Positions 39,538-50,171 of a stretch of 64,000 bases of DNA are shown one piece after another; the first letter of the stretch is position 1, and each line of letters starts with the position of its first letter. A model generated the notes under the pieces. It saw only the letters and a list, made by a program, of their open reading frames with translations. It searched no databases and had not been told where the DNA came from. The stretch lies in contig CBDBCY010000004.1 in assembly GCA_965203555.1 (NCBI GenBank), forward strand, positions 480,001 to 544,000, given 5' to 3'. This stretch comes from Acidimicrobiia bacterium (GTDB lineage: Bacteria; Actinomycetota; Acidimicrobiia; Spongiisociales; ZC4RG35). Both the position numbers and the translations under genes were made by a program.

Positions 39538-39576
39538 ACAAGCCGCCGTGTCAGTCAATCTGGCTCGGCGGCTTGT
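39538..39576 (+). terminator. Intra-operon stem-loop after the binding-protein gene
   Basis: ACAAGCCGCCGTGTCAG-TCAAT-CTGGCTCGGCGGCTTGT inverted repeat. This position is typical of mRNA-stabilising or attenuating hairpins in ABC operons. Confidence 0.65.
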
Positions 39577-39600
39577 CCTTTACCACCAGAGGAAGCACTG

Positions 39601-40611
39601 ATGGGTTCTTACATCGTCCGGCGGCTGATAGCGCTGGTCCCAATTCTCATTGGCGTCACCATGGTTGCCTTCCTGGTATCCCGAGGACTCCCCGGAGACC
39701 CCGCCCGGCTGTACGCCGGCATGCAGGCGTCTGATTTTGAAGTCCAGGCGATCCGGGTCAGCCTGGGACTGGACAAGCCGCTCTATTACCAGTACTGGGT
39801 CTACATGCAGGGACTGGTCCAAGGCGATCTGGGGTTTTCGCTGCGTACCGGTTTCCCCGTGGCCGAAGATATCCGTAATCGCCTCCCGGCCACCGTGGAG
39901 ATGGTGATCTTCGCCTTGGCTTTTGCTCTTTCGGTGGCGCTCCCACTGGGAGTGTGGGCGGCAGTGCGCAGAGGCAAGCTGATCGACAGGTTCAGCAGGT
40001 TCATCTCCACCCTGGGGGTGGCCATCCCCGACTTTTGGGCGGCCCTCATATTGGTGCTGATCTTCTTTGTGTTCCTGGGCTGGGCGCCCCCGCCGGTCGG
40101 TCGCCTGGATCTGGGGGCGGTTTCTCCTGACGGCCCAACCGGCTTCTTCCTATTCGATTCCCTGGTGCAGGGAGACTGGGCTACCTTCCGAAACGCGTTG
40201 GCGCATCTCATCCTGCCCATGGTGTCTCTGGGGTTCCCGGCCATCGCACCTATCACGAGGCTCACCCGCAACGCCACGCTGTCCGTCCTTCAGTCTGACT
40301 ACATTGCTTTCGGAAGAGCCGCTGGTCTACGCGGCGCTCCCCTGTACCTCAAATACGTTCTTCGCAACTCCCTACCGGGCGCCATAACCATGACCGGCCT
40401 CATCTCTGGGTACATGATCGGAGGAGCGGTCCTGATTGAGAGAGTATTCTCCTGGCCCGGAGTGGGTCTTTATGCTTACAACTCCCTGGAAAGGACCGAC
40501 CATGCCGCTATCCAGGGCGTCGTCCTCCTCTCGGCCATCACCTATCTGATGGTGTTCCTGGTTGTGGATCTGCTGCAATCCATAGTCGATCCGCGGGTGA
40601 GGTTGAAATGA
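39601..40611 (+). CDS. Dpp/Opp ABC permease (DppB-like)
   Basis: LPGDPA, LGLDKPL..QY, GDLGFS, RLPAT.E, HLILP, ERVFSWPGVG, DPRVR. Confidence 0.93.
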   Translation: MGSYIVRRLIALVPILIGVTMVAFLVSRGLPGDPARLYAGMQASDFEVQAIRVSLGLDKPLYYQYWVYMQGLVQGDLGFSLRTGFPVAEDIRNRLPATVEMVIFALAFALSVALPLGVWAAVRRGKLIDRFSRFISTLGVAIPDFWAALILVLIFFVFLGWAPPPVGRLDLGAVSPDGPTGFFLFDSLVQGDWATFRNALAHLILPMVSLGFPAIAPITRLTRNATLSVLQSDYIAFGRAAGLRGAPLYLKYVLRNSLPGAITMTGLISGYMIGGAVLIERVFSWPGVGLYAYNSLERTDHAAIQGVVLLSAITYLMVFLVVDLLQSIVDPRVRLK

Positions 40612-41450
40612 CAGCCACATCCACGAAAAGAAAGTGGGACCGCCGCCTGGTGCTTGGGTTGATCATGTTCGGAGGCATGATTTGCGTGGCAATATTTGCG
40701 CCATGGATCGCCCGCAACGACCCTCTGGCAATCGACTTCGGTACCCAATTCCTGGCGCCCTCCGCGGACCACTGGTTCGGGACCGGCAGGTTGGGCTTTG
40801 ACATCTTCGCCCGGGTGGTTTACGCCGCCCGGTATGACCTGATTATCTCCATTACGGCAGTGGCTTTCTCCATAGTGATCGGCCATCCCATCGGGCTGGT
40901 CGTCGGTTATCTTGGAGGACGTGTAGATTCGCTCACTATGCGAACCCTCGACGTCATCCAGTCCTTCCCCGCCTTCGTGCTGGCGGTGGGGGTACTGGCC
41001 GCGTTGGGTGAAGGGGTTTTGAACCTGATCCTGGTGGTCGGCTTCGTGGGCATACCCACCTTTGTCAGGTTGGTGCGAGCCGAGGTCCGTTCTCTGCGAG
41101 AGCATTCCTATGTGGAAGCCGGCCGGGCGGTCGGCAACTCGCGGACCAGAATTATGCTCCGCTACATCGCTCCGGGAACCGTTGGAACAGTCGTAACCCA
41201 GGCAGCTATAAGTTGCGGCTGGGCGATCCTGCTTACCGCCGCCCTGGGATTCATCGGTCTGGGAGTCCCGCTTCCCGAGCCTGAGTGGGGAGCGATGATC
41301 GCAGAGGGCGTCGAGGAAATGGTGGTGGGAGGACGATGGTGGATCTCGGTGTTCCCCGGCATCGCCATCGCGGTCACGATCTTCTCTCTCAGCCTGATCG
41401 GAGAATCGATCGCCGACCTGGTTGAGCCCACCCGAAGGAAGTCCCGATGA
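40608..41450 (+). CDS. Dpp/Opp ABC permease (DppC-like)
   Basis: PSADHWFGT, DIFARV, YVEAGRAVG, LGFIGLG, PEWGAMI, WWIS.FPG. Confidence 0.93.
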   Translation: MTATSTKRKWDRRLVLGLIMFGGMICVAIFAPWIARNDPLAIDFGTQFLAPSADHWFGTGRLGFDIFARVVYAARYDLIISITAVAFSIVIGHPIGLVVGYLGGRVDSLTMRTLDVIQSFPAFVLAVGVLAALGEGVLNLILVVGFVGIPTFVRLVRAEVRSLREHSYVEAGRAVGNSRTRIMLRYIAPGTVGTVVTQAAISCGWAILLTAALGFIGLGVPLPEPEWGAMIAEGVEEMVVGGRWWISVFPGIAIAVTIFSLSLIGESIADLVEPTRRKSR

Positions 41451-42406
41451 GAACTGTCCTGGAGGTCACCGGCCTGGAAGTCGAGATCGAGGGTCTCCCA
41501 ATCCTCCGCGGCGTGGATCTGGAAGTCAGGCAGGGAGAAACGCTGGGCGTAGTGGGAGAAACCGGAGCCGGCAAGTCCATGACTGCCCGTTCCATCCTGG
41601 ATCTGCTCCCCGCTGCCGCCACCGTCTCATTTCAGAATTGCACTTTTGGAGGACTGGACTTCACCCCTTCCAAGGCCCGACAGCAGGCGCGAGGCCACCG
41701 GATAGGTTTCGTCCCCCAACGTCCCCGGGGAAGTCTCAACCCGGTGTTCCGGGTTGGAACCCAACTCTACGATACGATCCGCCGCCTGCGGACCGTGGGT
41801 AGGAAGGAAGCCAGGAACGATGCCCTCGAACTTCTTCGTTCGGTGCGGATCACCGATCCCGAACGAGTGTATCGCTCCTATCCACATGAGTTGTCAGGGG
41901 GGATGTGCCAGCGGGTGTGCATTGCCATCGCACTGGCCGGGGAACCTGAACTGATCATCGCCGACGAACCCACCACCGGTCTTGACGTCACCATCCAAGC
42001 CGAGATGCTCAGGCTGCTGGGCGACGTCATCTCCGAGCACAACGCGGCCGGGATGTTGATCACCCACGATTTGGGAGTGGTGGCCGACGTATGCGACCGA
42101 GTGGCTGTCATGTACGCGGGCCGCGTGATCAACCTGGGTACCACCGAAGAAATCTATCGAGAGGCTCTCCATCCCTACGCCAACCAGTTGGTCTCCATCG
42201 CCACGTCCTTGGACTCCGGGGGCACCCCCCGGGAAATCCCCGGCCGGGTACCGAACCCCGGGGACGATCTGGCCCCCTGCGCCTTCGCGCCTCGCTGTTT
42301 TCGAGCCGAGTCCGATTGCTTCGAGCAGGAACCTCCCCTGGTCAACGTGGAGGGGCAGATGGCTTTCTGCCATCATCCGATAATCACCCGGGCGGTCTCG
42401 CAATGA
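41447..42406 (+). CDS. Dpp/Opp ABC ATPase (DppD-like)
   Basis: [33 protein letters not shown]-terminal Cys cluster. Confidence 0.95.
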   Translation: MRTVLEVTGLEVEIEGLPILRGVDLEVRQGETLGVVGETGAGKSMTARSILDLLPAAATVSFQNCTFGGLDFTPSKARQQARGHRIGFVPQRPRGSLNPVFRVGTQLYDTIRRLRTVGRKEARNDALELLRSVRITDPERVYRSYPHELSGGMCQRVCIAIALAGEPELIIADEPTTGLDVTIQAEMLRLLGDVISEHNAAGMLITHDLGVVADVCDRVAVMYAGRVINLGTTEEIYREALHPYANQLVSIATSLDSGGTPREIPGRVPNPGDDLAPCAFAPRCFRAESDCFEQEPPLVNVEGQMAFCHHPIITRAVSQ

Positions 42407-43371
42407 CCGGCGGTCAACACACACTGGCACTCCGGAATCTGACCAGGATCTTCAAGATCAAGACGGGCAGTTTCCGCCACGCCGATCTTAAGGCGGTGGA
42501 CGAAGTCACCATCTCAATCGCCCCCGGGAGAACCCTGGCAGTGGTGGGTGAGTCGGGATCGGGAAAGACTACCCTGGCCCGCCTCATCCTGCGCCTCTTG
42601 GAACCAACTCAGGGCACCGTGCTCCTACAAAACACCGACATAACCGCCATGAAAGGCGCCAAGTTGGAAAAGAGACGAGACCGGATGCAGATCGTCTTCC
42701 AGGATCCCTACGACTCAATTTCCCCCTGGCAGACCGTGGGGCGGACCGTGGCCGAGCCGTTGCTGCTGCATCAGAATCTCTCCAAGCAGGAAGCGGCCGA
42801 GTCGGTGGCCAGGATGCTGGAGAGGGTGGGTCTCAGCCCCGAACACGCCAAGCGTTACCCGCACGAGCTATCGGGGGGCCAGGCTCAGCGGGTGGGCATC
42901 GCCCGGGCCATGATCACCAACCCCGCCCTGGTGGTGCTGGACGAGCCCACCTCGTCGCTGGACATGTCGGTCCAGTCCCAGATCCTGCTGCTGCTGCAGT
43001 CCCTGCAGGAGGAGATGAACATCTCCTACCTGTTCATCTCCCACGACCTGACCGTGGTCCGTTACATCGCCCACGATCTGGCGGTGATGTATCTCGGTAA
43101 GGTTGTCGAATCCGGTCCGGCCCACGAAGTCTTTGCCTCCCCGCGCCACCCTTACACTGAAGCCCTGCTCAAAGCCGCTCCCCGCCCCGACCCTTCCTAC
43201 AAGACCGAACACGTCTACCTGGTGGGCGAGCAGCCCTCGGCGCTCGACAGGGCGCCGGGGTGTCCCTTGTACGGAAGGTGCCCGATCGCCGAAGAAGTGT
43301 GCGCCGACACGCCCCAGAAACTGGTGGACATCGGCGCCGGACACCGCGTCGCCTGTTGGAAGCGAACCTGA
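42403..43371 (+). CDS. Dpp/Opp ABC ATPase (DppF-like)
   Basis: [39 protein letters not shown], Cys cluster. ATG at 42403. Confidence 0.95.
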   Translation: MTGGQHTLALRNLTRIFKIKTGSFRHADLKAVDEVTISIAPGRTLAVVGESGSGKTTLARLILRLLEPTQGTVLLQNTDITAMKGAKLEKRRDRMQIVFQDPYDSISPWQTVGRTVAEPLLLHQNLSKQEAAESVARMLERVGLSPEHAKRYPHELSGGQAQRVGIARAMITNPALVVLDEPTSSLDMSVQSQILLLLQSLQEEMNISYLFISHDLTVVRYIAHDLAVMYLGKVVESGPAHEVFASPRHPYTEALLKAAPRPDPSYKTEHVYLVGEQPSALDRAPGCPLYGRCPIAEEVCADTPQKLVDIGAGHRVACWKRT

Positions 43372-45404
43372 AACTCCGAGTCGCAACCGACATAGGCGGC
43401 ACTTTCACCGACGTGGTGGTGTTCGACCCGGGTTCGCGAAGGTACACCACCGCCAAGGCCCCGAGCCAGAGCCACGACCTGGCCACCGGAGTGATGAACG
43501 CGCTGGGGCTTGTGGTGGACGACCCGACCGGAGTCGAATCTTTCGTTCACGGGTCGACGGTGGGACTCAACGCTTTCCTGCAGAGGCGGGGAGAGCGTGT
43601 CATCCTGCTGGCGACCAGGGGAGCAAGCGACATCTACCACATCGCCCGGGGCAACCGGTTGGACATGTACAACATCCGGTACCGCAAGCCCCGGCCCCTC
43701 CTCCCCCGCCGCGACATCATCCCCATCCGAGGGCGCCTCGACTGCGACGGCAATGAACTGACCCCCCTCGACTACGACGACCTTCGCCGGGCGGCGGATC
43801 GGATCCGCTCCGAGGGCGTCCGGTCGGCGGCCATCGCTTTCCTGTTCTCATATCAGAACCCCGATCACGAGGAAGCCGCCGCGAAGGCCTTGGCGGACCT
43901 GGTTCCCGGAGTCTCCATCTCCCTCTCTCACCAGGTGGCCACCGAGTGGCGGGAGTACGAGCGGACCGCCTCCACGGTGATGGACGCCTACATCGCTCCC
44001 TCGGTCTCCCGTTACATGGCCGATCTCTCGGTCCGATTGAGTGATCGGGGCATGTCGGCGCCGCTGCGGGTCATGCAGTCCAACGGGGGCGTGATCTCGG
44101 CCCGTTCGGCTTCCGAGCGTCCGCTGCAGACGCTGTTGTCCGGCCCGGTGGGCGGGGCGGCCGGGGGCGTTGCTCTTTCTGAAGTCCTCAGCCGACCCAA
44201 CCTGATCTGCATCGACCTGGGAGGGACCAGCTTCGACGTCAGCCTGGTCACCTCGGGCCAGGCCGACAGTTCCCCCTCCGCCCTGCTGGAAGGCCTGCCG
44301 GTGCTGATGCCGGTGGTTGACATCCACACCATCGGAGCGGGAGGCGGTTCACTCGCCTACCTGGAGGCCGGCGGCTTGCGGGTGGGGCCGGAGAGCGCCG
44401 GCGCTCACCCCGGTCCCGCCTGTTACGGCCGGGGCGGCACCCAGCCCACCGTCACCGACGCCAACCTGTTCCTGGGAAGGATCGATCCAAGCTACTTCCT
44501 GGGCGGCAACCTCACCCTCGACACCGGAGCGGCAGCGTCAGCCCTGGCGGACCTGGGCGCCAAACTCAGCCTGGACGCGGAGAGGCTGGCCCTGGGAGTC
44601 ATCGAAGTCATCAATGCCAAGATGTCGCAGGCCATCCGGACCCTCACCGTGGAACGCGGGATCGAGCCCCGGGAGTTCAGCCTGGTGGCCTTCGGTGGCG
44701 CGGGACCCATGCACGCTGTCGCGCTGGCGCAGGAACTGGGAATCTCCGAAGTCATCGTTCCCCCCGACCCCGGTGGCTTCTCGGCCTGGGGAATGCTGCA
44801 GTCGGCCGTTCGCCAGGACTTCAGCGAGGCCTTTTTCCGTGACTTCGCGGATCTCGACACCGGAGACCTGCAGACCAGGTTCGACCGGATCGGAGACCGG
44901 GCCCTCTCGAGTCTGCTGGAAGAGGGAGTGGCTTCGGACCGTGTGTCCCTGGTCCAGCGCCTTGACATGCGCTACCAGGGCCAGGAGCACACCCTGACCG
45001 TGACCCTTCCCAACGGCGCTTCTCCCGGCCAGGACCGTTTCGCAGCTCTGCGCCAGAGGTTCGAGGACAGCTACAAGGCCCGGTACGGTCACTCCAATCC
45101 CCAGGCGTCGCTGGAGACCGTCAACCTGAGGCTCACCGCCCTGGGAGACGTGGGGCGCCCTCTCCTGCAGGCCAACTACCAGCCCGAACAAGCCTCGGTT
45201 GTACCTTCCAAGACGACGCCGGTGCTGTTCGGTTCCGGTTCCCACCCCACCGCCCGGTACAACCGGGAGATGTTGCCGCCGGGATGCTCCATAGATGGGC
45301 CGGCCATCGTGGAGGAGGCTACCGCCACCACCGTGATTCCACCCGGAGGCTCGGCCACCATCGACCCCTACGGGTGCCTGGTGATAGGGGTCCCTCCCCT
45401 ATGA
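43356..45404 (+). CDS. hyuA: Hydantoinase A/oxoprolinase family ATP-binding subunit (second system)
   Basis: ATDIGGTFTD, HGST, EYERTAST, SGPVGG, DLGGTSFD, IGAGGGS, TVTDA, AFGGAG. Start uncertain (TTG 43356 or CTG 43368). Confidence 0.93.
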   Translation: MEANLKLRVATDIGGTFTDVVVFDPGSRRYTTAKAPSQSHDLATGVMNALGLVVDDPTGVESFVHGSTVGLNAFLQRRGERVILLATRGASDIYHIARGNRLDMYNIRYRKPRPLLPRRDIIPIRGRLDCDGNELTPLDYDDLRRAADRIRSEGVRSAAIAFLFSYQNPDHEEAAAKALADLVPGVSISLSHQVATEWREYERTASTVMDAYIAPSVSRYMADLSVRLSDRGMSAPLRVMQSNGGVISARSASERPLQTLLSGPVGGAAGGVALSEVLSRPNLICIDLGGTSFDVSLVTSGQADSSPSALLEGLPVLMPVVDIHTIGAGGGSLAYLEAGGLRVGPESAGAHPGPACYGRGGTQPTVTDANLFLGRIDPSYFLGGNLTLDTGAAASALADLGAKLSLDAERLALGVIEVINAKMSQAIRTLTVERGIEPREFSLVAFGGAGPMHAVALAQELGISEVIVPPDPGGFSAWGMLQSAVRQDFSEAFFRDFADLDTGDLQTRFDRIGDRALSSLLEEGVASDRVSLVQRLDMRYQGQEHTLTVTLPNGASPGQDRFAALRQRFEDSYKARYGHSNPQASLETVNLRLTALGDVGRPLLQANYQPEQASVVPSKTTPVLFGSGSHPTARYNREMLPPGCSIDGPAIVEEATATTVIPPGGSATIDPYGCLVIGVPPL

Positions 45405-47080
45405 GCCCCGACCCCATCACCATCGAGATCCTCCGCAACGCCTTCATCATGGCCGCCGAAGAGATGAACGCGGCATTGATCCGCTCCGCATACACGCCGG
45501 TGATCTACGAGTCCAAGGACTGCGCGGTGGCGCTGATCGACAGCCGCCACCGGGTGCTGGGACAGTCCTCGGGAGTCCCACTCTTTTTGGGCAACCTTGA
45601 AGCCTGCACCCTCGCCACCGAGGAGATGTTCGGAAGGTCGGTCTGGAACGAGGGCGACATCTGGATCATGAACGATCCCTACCTGACCGGCACCCACATG
45701 CACGACGTCACCATCTTCGCTCCCATCTTCTACCACGGAGACCTGGCCGGCTTTGCTGCCTCCCGGGCCCACTGGCTGGACATCGGCGCCAAGGACCCCG
45801 GAGTGCCGATGGACTCGACCGAAGTCTTCCAGGAGGGCGTGCGTCTGCCGCCCACCCAGGTGATGAGGGGCGGGCAACCGGTGAAGGACATCTGGTCGAT
45901 CGTGGAAAGCAACGTTCGATTTCCCAGATCGGCGATTGGCGACATGACCGCGCAGTTCGCGGTGGCAGCCATCGGCGAACATCGCCTGGGCGCCCTCTTC
46001 GACCGCTACGGGCGGGATACCGTGGAGGCAGCCGCCGAAGAGATCTTTCGGCAGAGTGAACGGCTGGACCGGGAAGCGATCAGGGCCATTCCAGACGGGG
46101 TATACGCCGCGGAGGGCTTCCTCGATTCCGACGGGGTGGGTGACGACCCGGTCCACATGAAGGTGACGATCACCGTGGATGGCGAGCGGCTGGTATTCGA
46201 CCTCACCGAGACGGACGGCCCTGGCCAGGGCCCGATCAACTGCGGGGCGGTGCAGACCCTGTCCGCCTGCCGCCTGGCTTTCAAGTATCTGTTCAACTCC
46301 CATCAGCCGGTCAACGGAGGGACTTTCCTTCCGCTGGAGGTGAAAACCAAGCCGGGTTCCATCCTGAGCGCGGTCCCACCGGCTGCCTGCCAGTTCTATT
46401 TCACTCCCCTGGGTCTGATGATTGATTTGATCTGTTCGGCGCTCTCGTCCGCCCTTCCCGACACCGTTCCGGCCGCCCATTACGGCGACGGCATGATATT
46501 CCAGTTCACGGGAATAAATCCCCGGACCGATGAACTGTTCCTGGACAACGAGCCCCATGTGGGCGGCTGGGGCGCCTCCCGCGGCCAGGACGGCCAGGAT
46601 GGCATGATCTGGACCCTGTCCGGAAATTTCCACGACATGCCCATTGAAGTGTTCGAATCCAAATTCCCCGCCCGGATCACCGACTACGGCTTCCGCCGGG
46701 ATTCGGCCGGTGCGGGCCGGTGGCGGGGCGGGAACGGCATCATAAGGGAATACCAGATGACCACCGACACGGAGTTGAGCCTGTGGTTCGAGCGGTCGGG
46801 TCACCCGGCCTGGGGCCTGTTCGGCGGCCAGGGCGGGGCGCCCCCGCGAGTGGTGATCAATCCCGGTACACCCCGGGAGATACGGCGACTCAAGACCAAC
46901 CGCATGCCGCTGCGCAAAGGGGATGTCGTGCGCTGTTACACGGGAGGCGGCGGTGGGTACGGTGATCCCCTGGAGCGCGATCCCCGGGCCGTTCTAACCG
47001 ATCTGGCGGATGGCCACATCTCTCCCGACTACGCCGAGCGCCATCATCGGATGAACTCGGAGGAACTCTCCGGGGAGTAA
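45401..47080 (+). CDS. hyuB: Hydantoinase B/oxoprolinase family subunit (second system)
   Basis: EEMNAALIRSAYTPVIYE, NDPYLTGTHMHD, RAHWLDIG, QEG, DSAGAGRWRGG, GGGGGYGDP. ATGA overlap. Confidence 0.94.
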   Translation: MSPDPITIEILRNAFIMAAEEMNAALIRSAYTPVIYESKDCAVALIDSRHRVLGQSSGVPLFLGNLEACTLATEEMFGRSVWNEGDIWIMNDPYLTGTHMHDVTIFAPIFYHGDLAGFAASRAHWLDIGAKDPGVPMDSTEVFQEGVRLPPTQVMRGGQPVKDIWSIVESNVRFPRSAIGDMTAQFAVAAIGEHRLGALFDRYGRDTVEAAAEEIFRQSERLDREAIRAIPDGVYAAEGFLDSDGVGDDPVHMKVTITVDGERLVFDLTETDGPGQGPINCGAVQTLSACRLAFKYLFNSHQPVNGGTFLPLEVKTKPGSILSAVPPAACQFYFTPLGLMIDLICSALSSALPDTVPAAHYGDGMIFQFTGINPRTDELFLDNEPHVGGWGASRGQDGQDGMIWTLSGNFHDMPIEVFESKFPARITDYGFRRDSAGAGRWRGGNGIIREYQMTTDTELSLWFERSGHPAWGLFGGQGGAPPRVVINPGTPREIRRLKTNRMPLRKGDVVRCYTGGGGGYGDPLERDPRAVLTDLADGHISPDYAERHHRMNSEELSGE

Positions 47081-47083
47081 CCC

Positions 47084-47114
47084 GCGCCGCCCGGGTCTTT
47101 GCTCCGGACGGCGC
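47084..47114. terminator. GC-rich hairpin between convergent genes
   Basis: GCGCCGCCCGGG...TCCGGACGGCGC inverted repeat right after the hyuB stop. Confidence 0.5.
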
Positions 47115-47130
47115 AGATCGTAGTCAGCAC

Positions 47131-49002
47131 CTACTCTCCCCCCGTCTCCTCCGGGGCCTCTCCGGAGGTCTCCTCCGGTGGGTTGTCCAGCAACGACTTC
47201 ACCCACTCCATAAGTTCCTGGAGGGGCAGGCTGGGGAACTGGGCCTGGATGTCCAGAGGAACACCGTCTTCCCCGACGTCGATCCCGCCCGGAGTCGTCC
47301 ACCGGATGGTGGTCAGCCTGAAGACGCCCTCATTGAATAGATGGAGCAAACTCTGCCCGGTGTTCTTCTTGAAAGTGGTCTCACCGATCACCACCGCTCC
47401 TCGGGTTTCCTGCAGCAGCCCGGCCAGCACCTCAGCGGCCGAGGCGGATTGCCCGTTCACCAGCACCGCTATCCGGGGGGCGTCGGCTGCCAACAGAGAC
47501 TCGCCAATGCCGTCGATGTCATAGGTCCTGTCCCGAGTGTGGAAGGTCATAACCGGCACCTCACCCACCAGAGACCCGGCTATTTTCTGCAGTACGTCCA
47601 CCCGTCCCCCGGGGTTGTTGCGAAAGTCGAGAACCAGCAGTTCGGTATCCACCACTTCGGCCAGCCGCCCCGCGAACTCCTCGGGGGCGCCACCCGGGGA
47701 CGCGCTGAAGCTGGTCAATTGGATGTAGGCGATGGACTGGGTGTCGTGCGACTCCGCACTGGTGTACGGAACCTCTATTTCCTTGCGAACCAGGGTGAGT
47801 GTGTACTCCTCCCCGTCCCTTTCGAAGGTGATGTCCACCGAGGTGTCGAGTTCGCCCCGGATCAGACCGGCCGCCTCCCGAAGAGTCAGACCGGAAAGAC
47901 GGTTGCCGTCCACGGCAACAATGAAATCCCACGGCAGCAAACCGGCGTTGTAGGCGGGACCGCCCTCGAAGACGTCAAGGATGAAGATCCGGCAGGTCTC
48001 CGAAAGCGGGGAACAGAACGGCTTCCACTGGTCGTCCACCGTGACCACCCGAACTCCGATACCCACGTAGCGGCCCGCCTCATCGATTGCCCTCCACTCT
48101 TCGGGATCGTGGTAGGCGCTGTTACGATCCAACGCCTTGACCATCTCCCGCACCGCGGTTTCCGCAACACTCTTGAGGGGAGTCTCGACCGCGCCCGACG
48201 CCCAGGCGCACACCGGCTCGAAGACCGGATCGGGGATGGAACAGTCAAACCGAGGACGTTTCGCAGCCGATTCCTCCGCCTCCTCCATCGCCAAGGCGGC
48301 CGCCTCGTTCACCGGCGCCGCCAACTCCTCGAGAGTGACTCCCAGCAGGTACCTGGTGTCGATGTACTCGTACACCTCGCACAGCAGCAGCCACTCGTCC
48401 GGATCCTCACAATTGGCGACCGCATAGGGAACCGCCAACGCCCTCTCTATCAGTGTGGCCGCCTCCCGAAGGTTTATGGGGTCCTCGCCACAGAACCGCA
48501 ACGGATCCTCGGCACACCCCCTGGTGATCCCGTCCGCATACAAGCCGCTAACCGCATCCGCGTAGAACGCGTCTTCCGGGATGTCGGTAAAGGACGCCGG
48601 ATCGGCCGGGTGCCGGTCATCGAAGAACGCCCGATCCAGCCAAACGGCGAACTCGCCGCGGGTGATCACCTCGTCCGGACGGAAGGTCCCATCCGGGTCT
48701 GCATTCACCACCCCCTCCAGGGCCAGGGCTTCGATGGTCCCTGCGCTCCGGCTGTTCTCCCCCACATCCGAGAACAGGCCCTGCCAAGGCTCTTCCGCAA
48801 GACTCAGGGCCTCGGCCAGCAGGACCGCCGCTTCCCGGTTGGTCAGTGCCCGGCTCCCGTCAAGGGAGATGGGGACGGGGTGCGGGGCATCGTCGGATGT
48901 GGACGGCGCCTCCTGAGCGAGGACCGGGCCTGTAAATATCAAGCCCACCGCGATAACGGACGCCAAGACCCGCTTGGCAAAGGGAACAGTAAAGGAAATC
49001 AT
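47131..49002 (-). CDS. S41 family carboxy-terminal processing protease (PDZ) with N-terminal SLH domains
   Basis: Signal peptide. SLH repeats (FRPDEVITRGEFA, GITRGC...FCGED). YVGIGV PDZ entry, LDFRNNPGG, NGQSASAAE (Ser), TFKK (Lys). Confidence 0.9.
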   Translation of the reverse strand: MISFTVPFAKRVLASVIAVGLIFTGPVLAQEAPSTSDDAPHPVPISLDGSRALTNREAAVLLAEALSLAEEPWQGLFSDVGENSRSAGTIEALALEGVVNADPDGTFRPDEVITRGEFAVWLDRAFFDDRHPADPASFTDIPEDAFYADAVSGLYADGITRGCAEDPLRFCGEDPINLREAATLIERALAVPYAVANCEDPDEWLLLCEVYEYIDTRYLLGVTLEELAAPVNEAAALAMEEAEESAAKRPRFDCSIPDPVFEPVCAWASGAVETPLKSVAETAVREMVKALDRNSAYHDPEEWRAIDEAGRYVGIGVRVVTVDDQWKPFCSPLSETCRIFILDVFEGGPAYNAGLLPWDFIVAVDGNRLSGLTLREAAGLIRGELDTSVDITFERDGEEYTLTLVRKEIEVPYTSAESHDTQSIAYIQLTSFSASPGGAPEEFAGRLAEVVDTELLVLDFRNNPGGRVDVLQKIAGSLVGEVPVMTFHTRDRTYDIDGIGESLLAADAPRIAVLVNGQSASAAEVLAGLLQETRGAVVIGETTFKKNTGQSLLHLFNEGVFRLTTIRWTTPGGIDVGEDGVPLDIQAQFPSLPLQELMEWVKSLLDNPPEETSGEAPEETGGE

Positions 49003-49049
49003 TAAGGCAAGACTAACGATCCCCGGCAGTTATGTCCCTGAAGTAGATT

Positions 49050-49167
49050 GTCCGGCGGTGACCTACTCTCCCGGGGTTTTGCAACCCAAGTACCATCGGC
49101 GCTGTCGGGTTTCACTTCCGTGTTCGGAATGGGAACGGGTGGTTCCCCAACGCTATCGCCACCGGAC
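49050..49167 (-). rRNA. rrf: 5S rRNA
   Basis: Reverse complement contains ACCCGTTCCCATTCCGAACACGGAAGTGAAAC, GCCGATGGTACT and GGGAGAGTAGGTC, with terminal helix TGTCCGG/CCGGACA. Confidence 0.97.
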
Positions 49168-49426
49168 AACCAAACTCACAACAAGCAAATCATCTGGGAT
49201 TCCCTGTCCAAGCCCTCGGCCTATTAGTACCGGTCAGCTGAACGCATTGCTGCGCTTACACCTCCGGCCTATCAACCTGGTGTTCTGCCAGGGGCCTTAC
49301 CGGGTAATACCCGTGGGAGACCTCATCTTGGGGTGGGCTTCGCACTTAGATGCCTTCAGCGCTTATCCCGTCCGTACGTAGCTAACCAGCCGTGCTCTTG
49401 GCAGAACAACTGGCACACCAGAGGTA

Positions 49427-49458
<32 letters not shown>

Positions 49459-49482
49459 CTCCCCTCAAGTCTCCTGCGCCTG

Positions 49483-49517
<35 letters not shown>

Positions 49518-49536
49518 AAACCCAGCTCGCGTGCCG

Positions 49537-49615
<79 letters not shown>

Positions 49616-49804
49616 ACGCCGTCGATATGGACTCTTGGGCGTGATTAGCCTGTTATCCCCGGAGTACCTTTTAGCCGATGAGCCATGGCGCACCCACGTG
49701 CCACCATGGGATCACTAAGCCCGACTTTCGTCCCTGTTTGACTTGTAGGTCTCACAGTCAAGCTCCCTTGTGCCTTTACACTCGTCGTCTGATTGCCGAC
49801 CAGA

Positions 49805-49845
<41 letters not shown>

Positions 49846-50127
49846 CACCGCCCCAGTGAAACTGACCGCCAGACACTGTCCCCGATCCGGATTACGGACC
49901 CGGGTTAGAAGCCCGTCGTACAAAGGGTGGTATTCCAAGGTTGACTCCACAGAGGCTTGCGCCTCTGCTTCCTCGTCTCCCACCTATCCTGCACATTACA
50001 CGCCAGACTCCAATGCCAAGCTACAGTAAAGGTTCCGGGGTCTTACCGTCCTGCCGCAGGTAGTGAGCATCTTTACTCACATTGCAATTTCGCCGAGTCC
50101 CTGGTTGAGACAGTGCCCAAATCGTTG

Positions 50128-50171
<44 letters not shown>

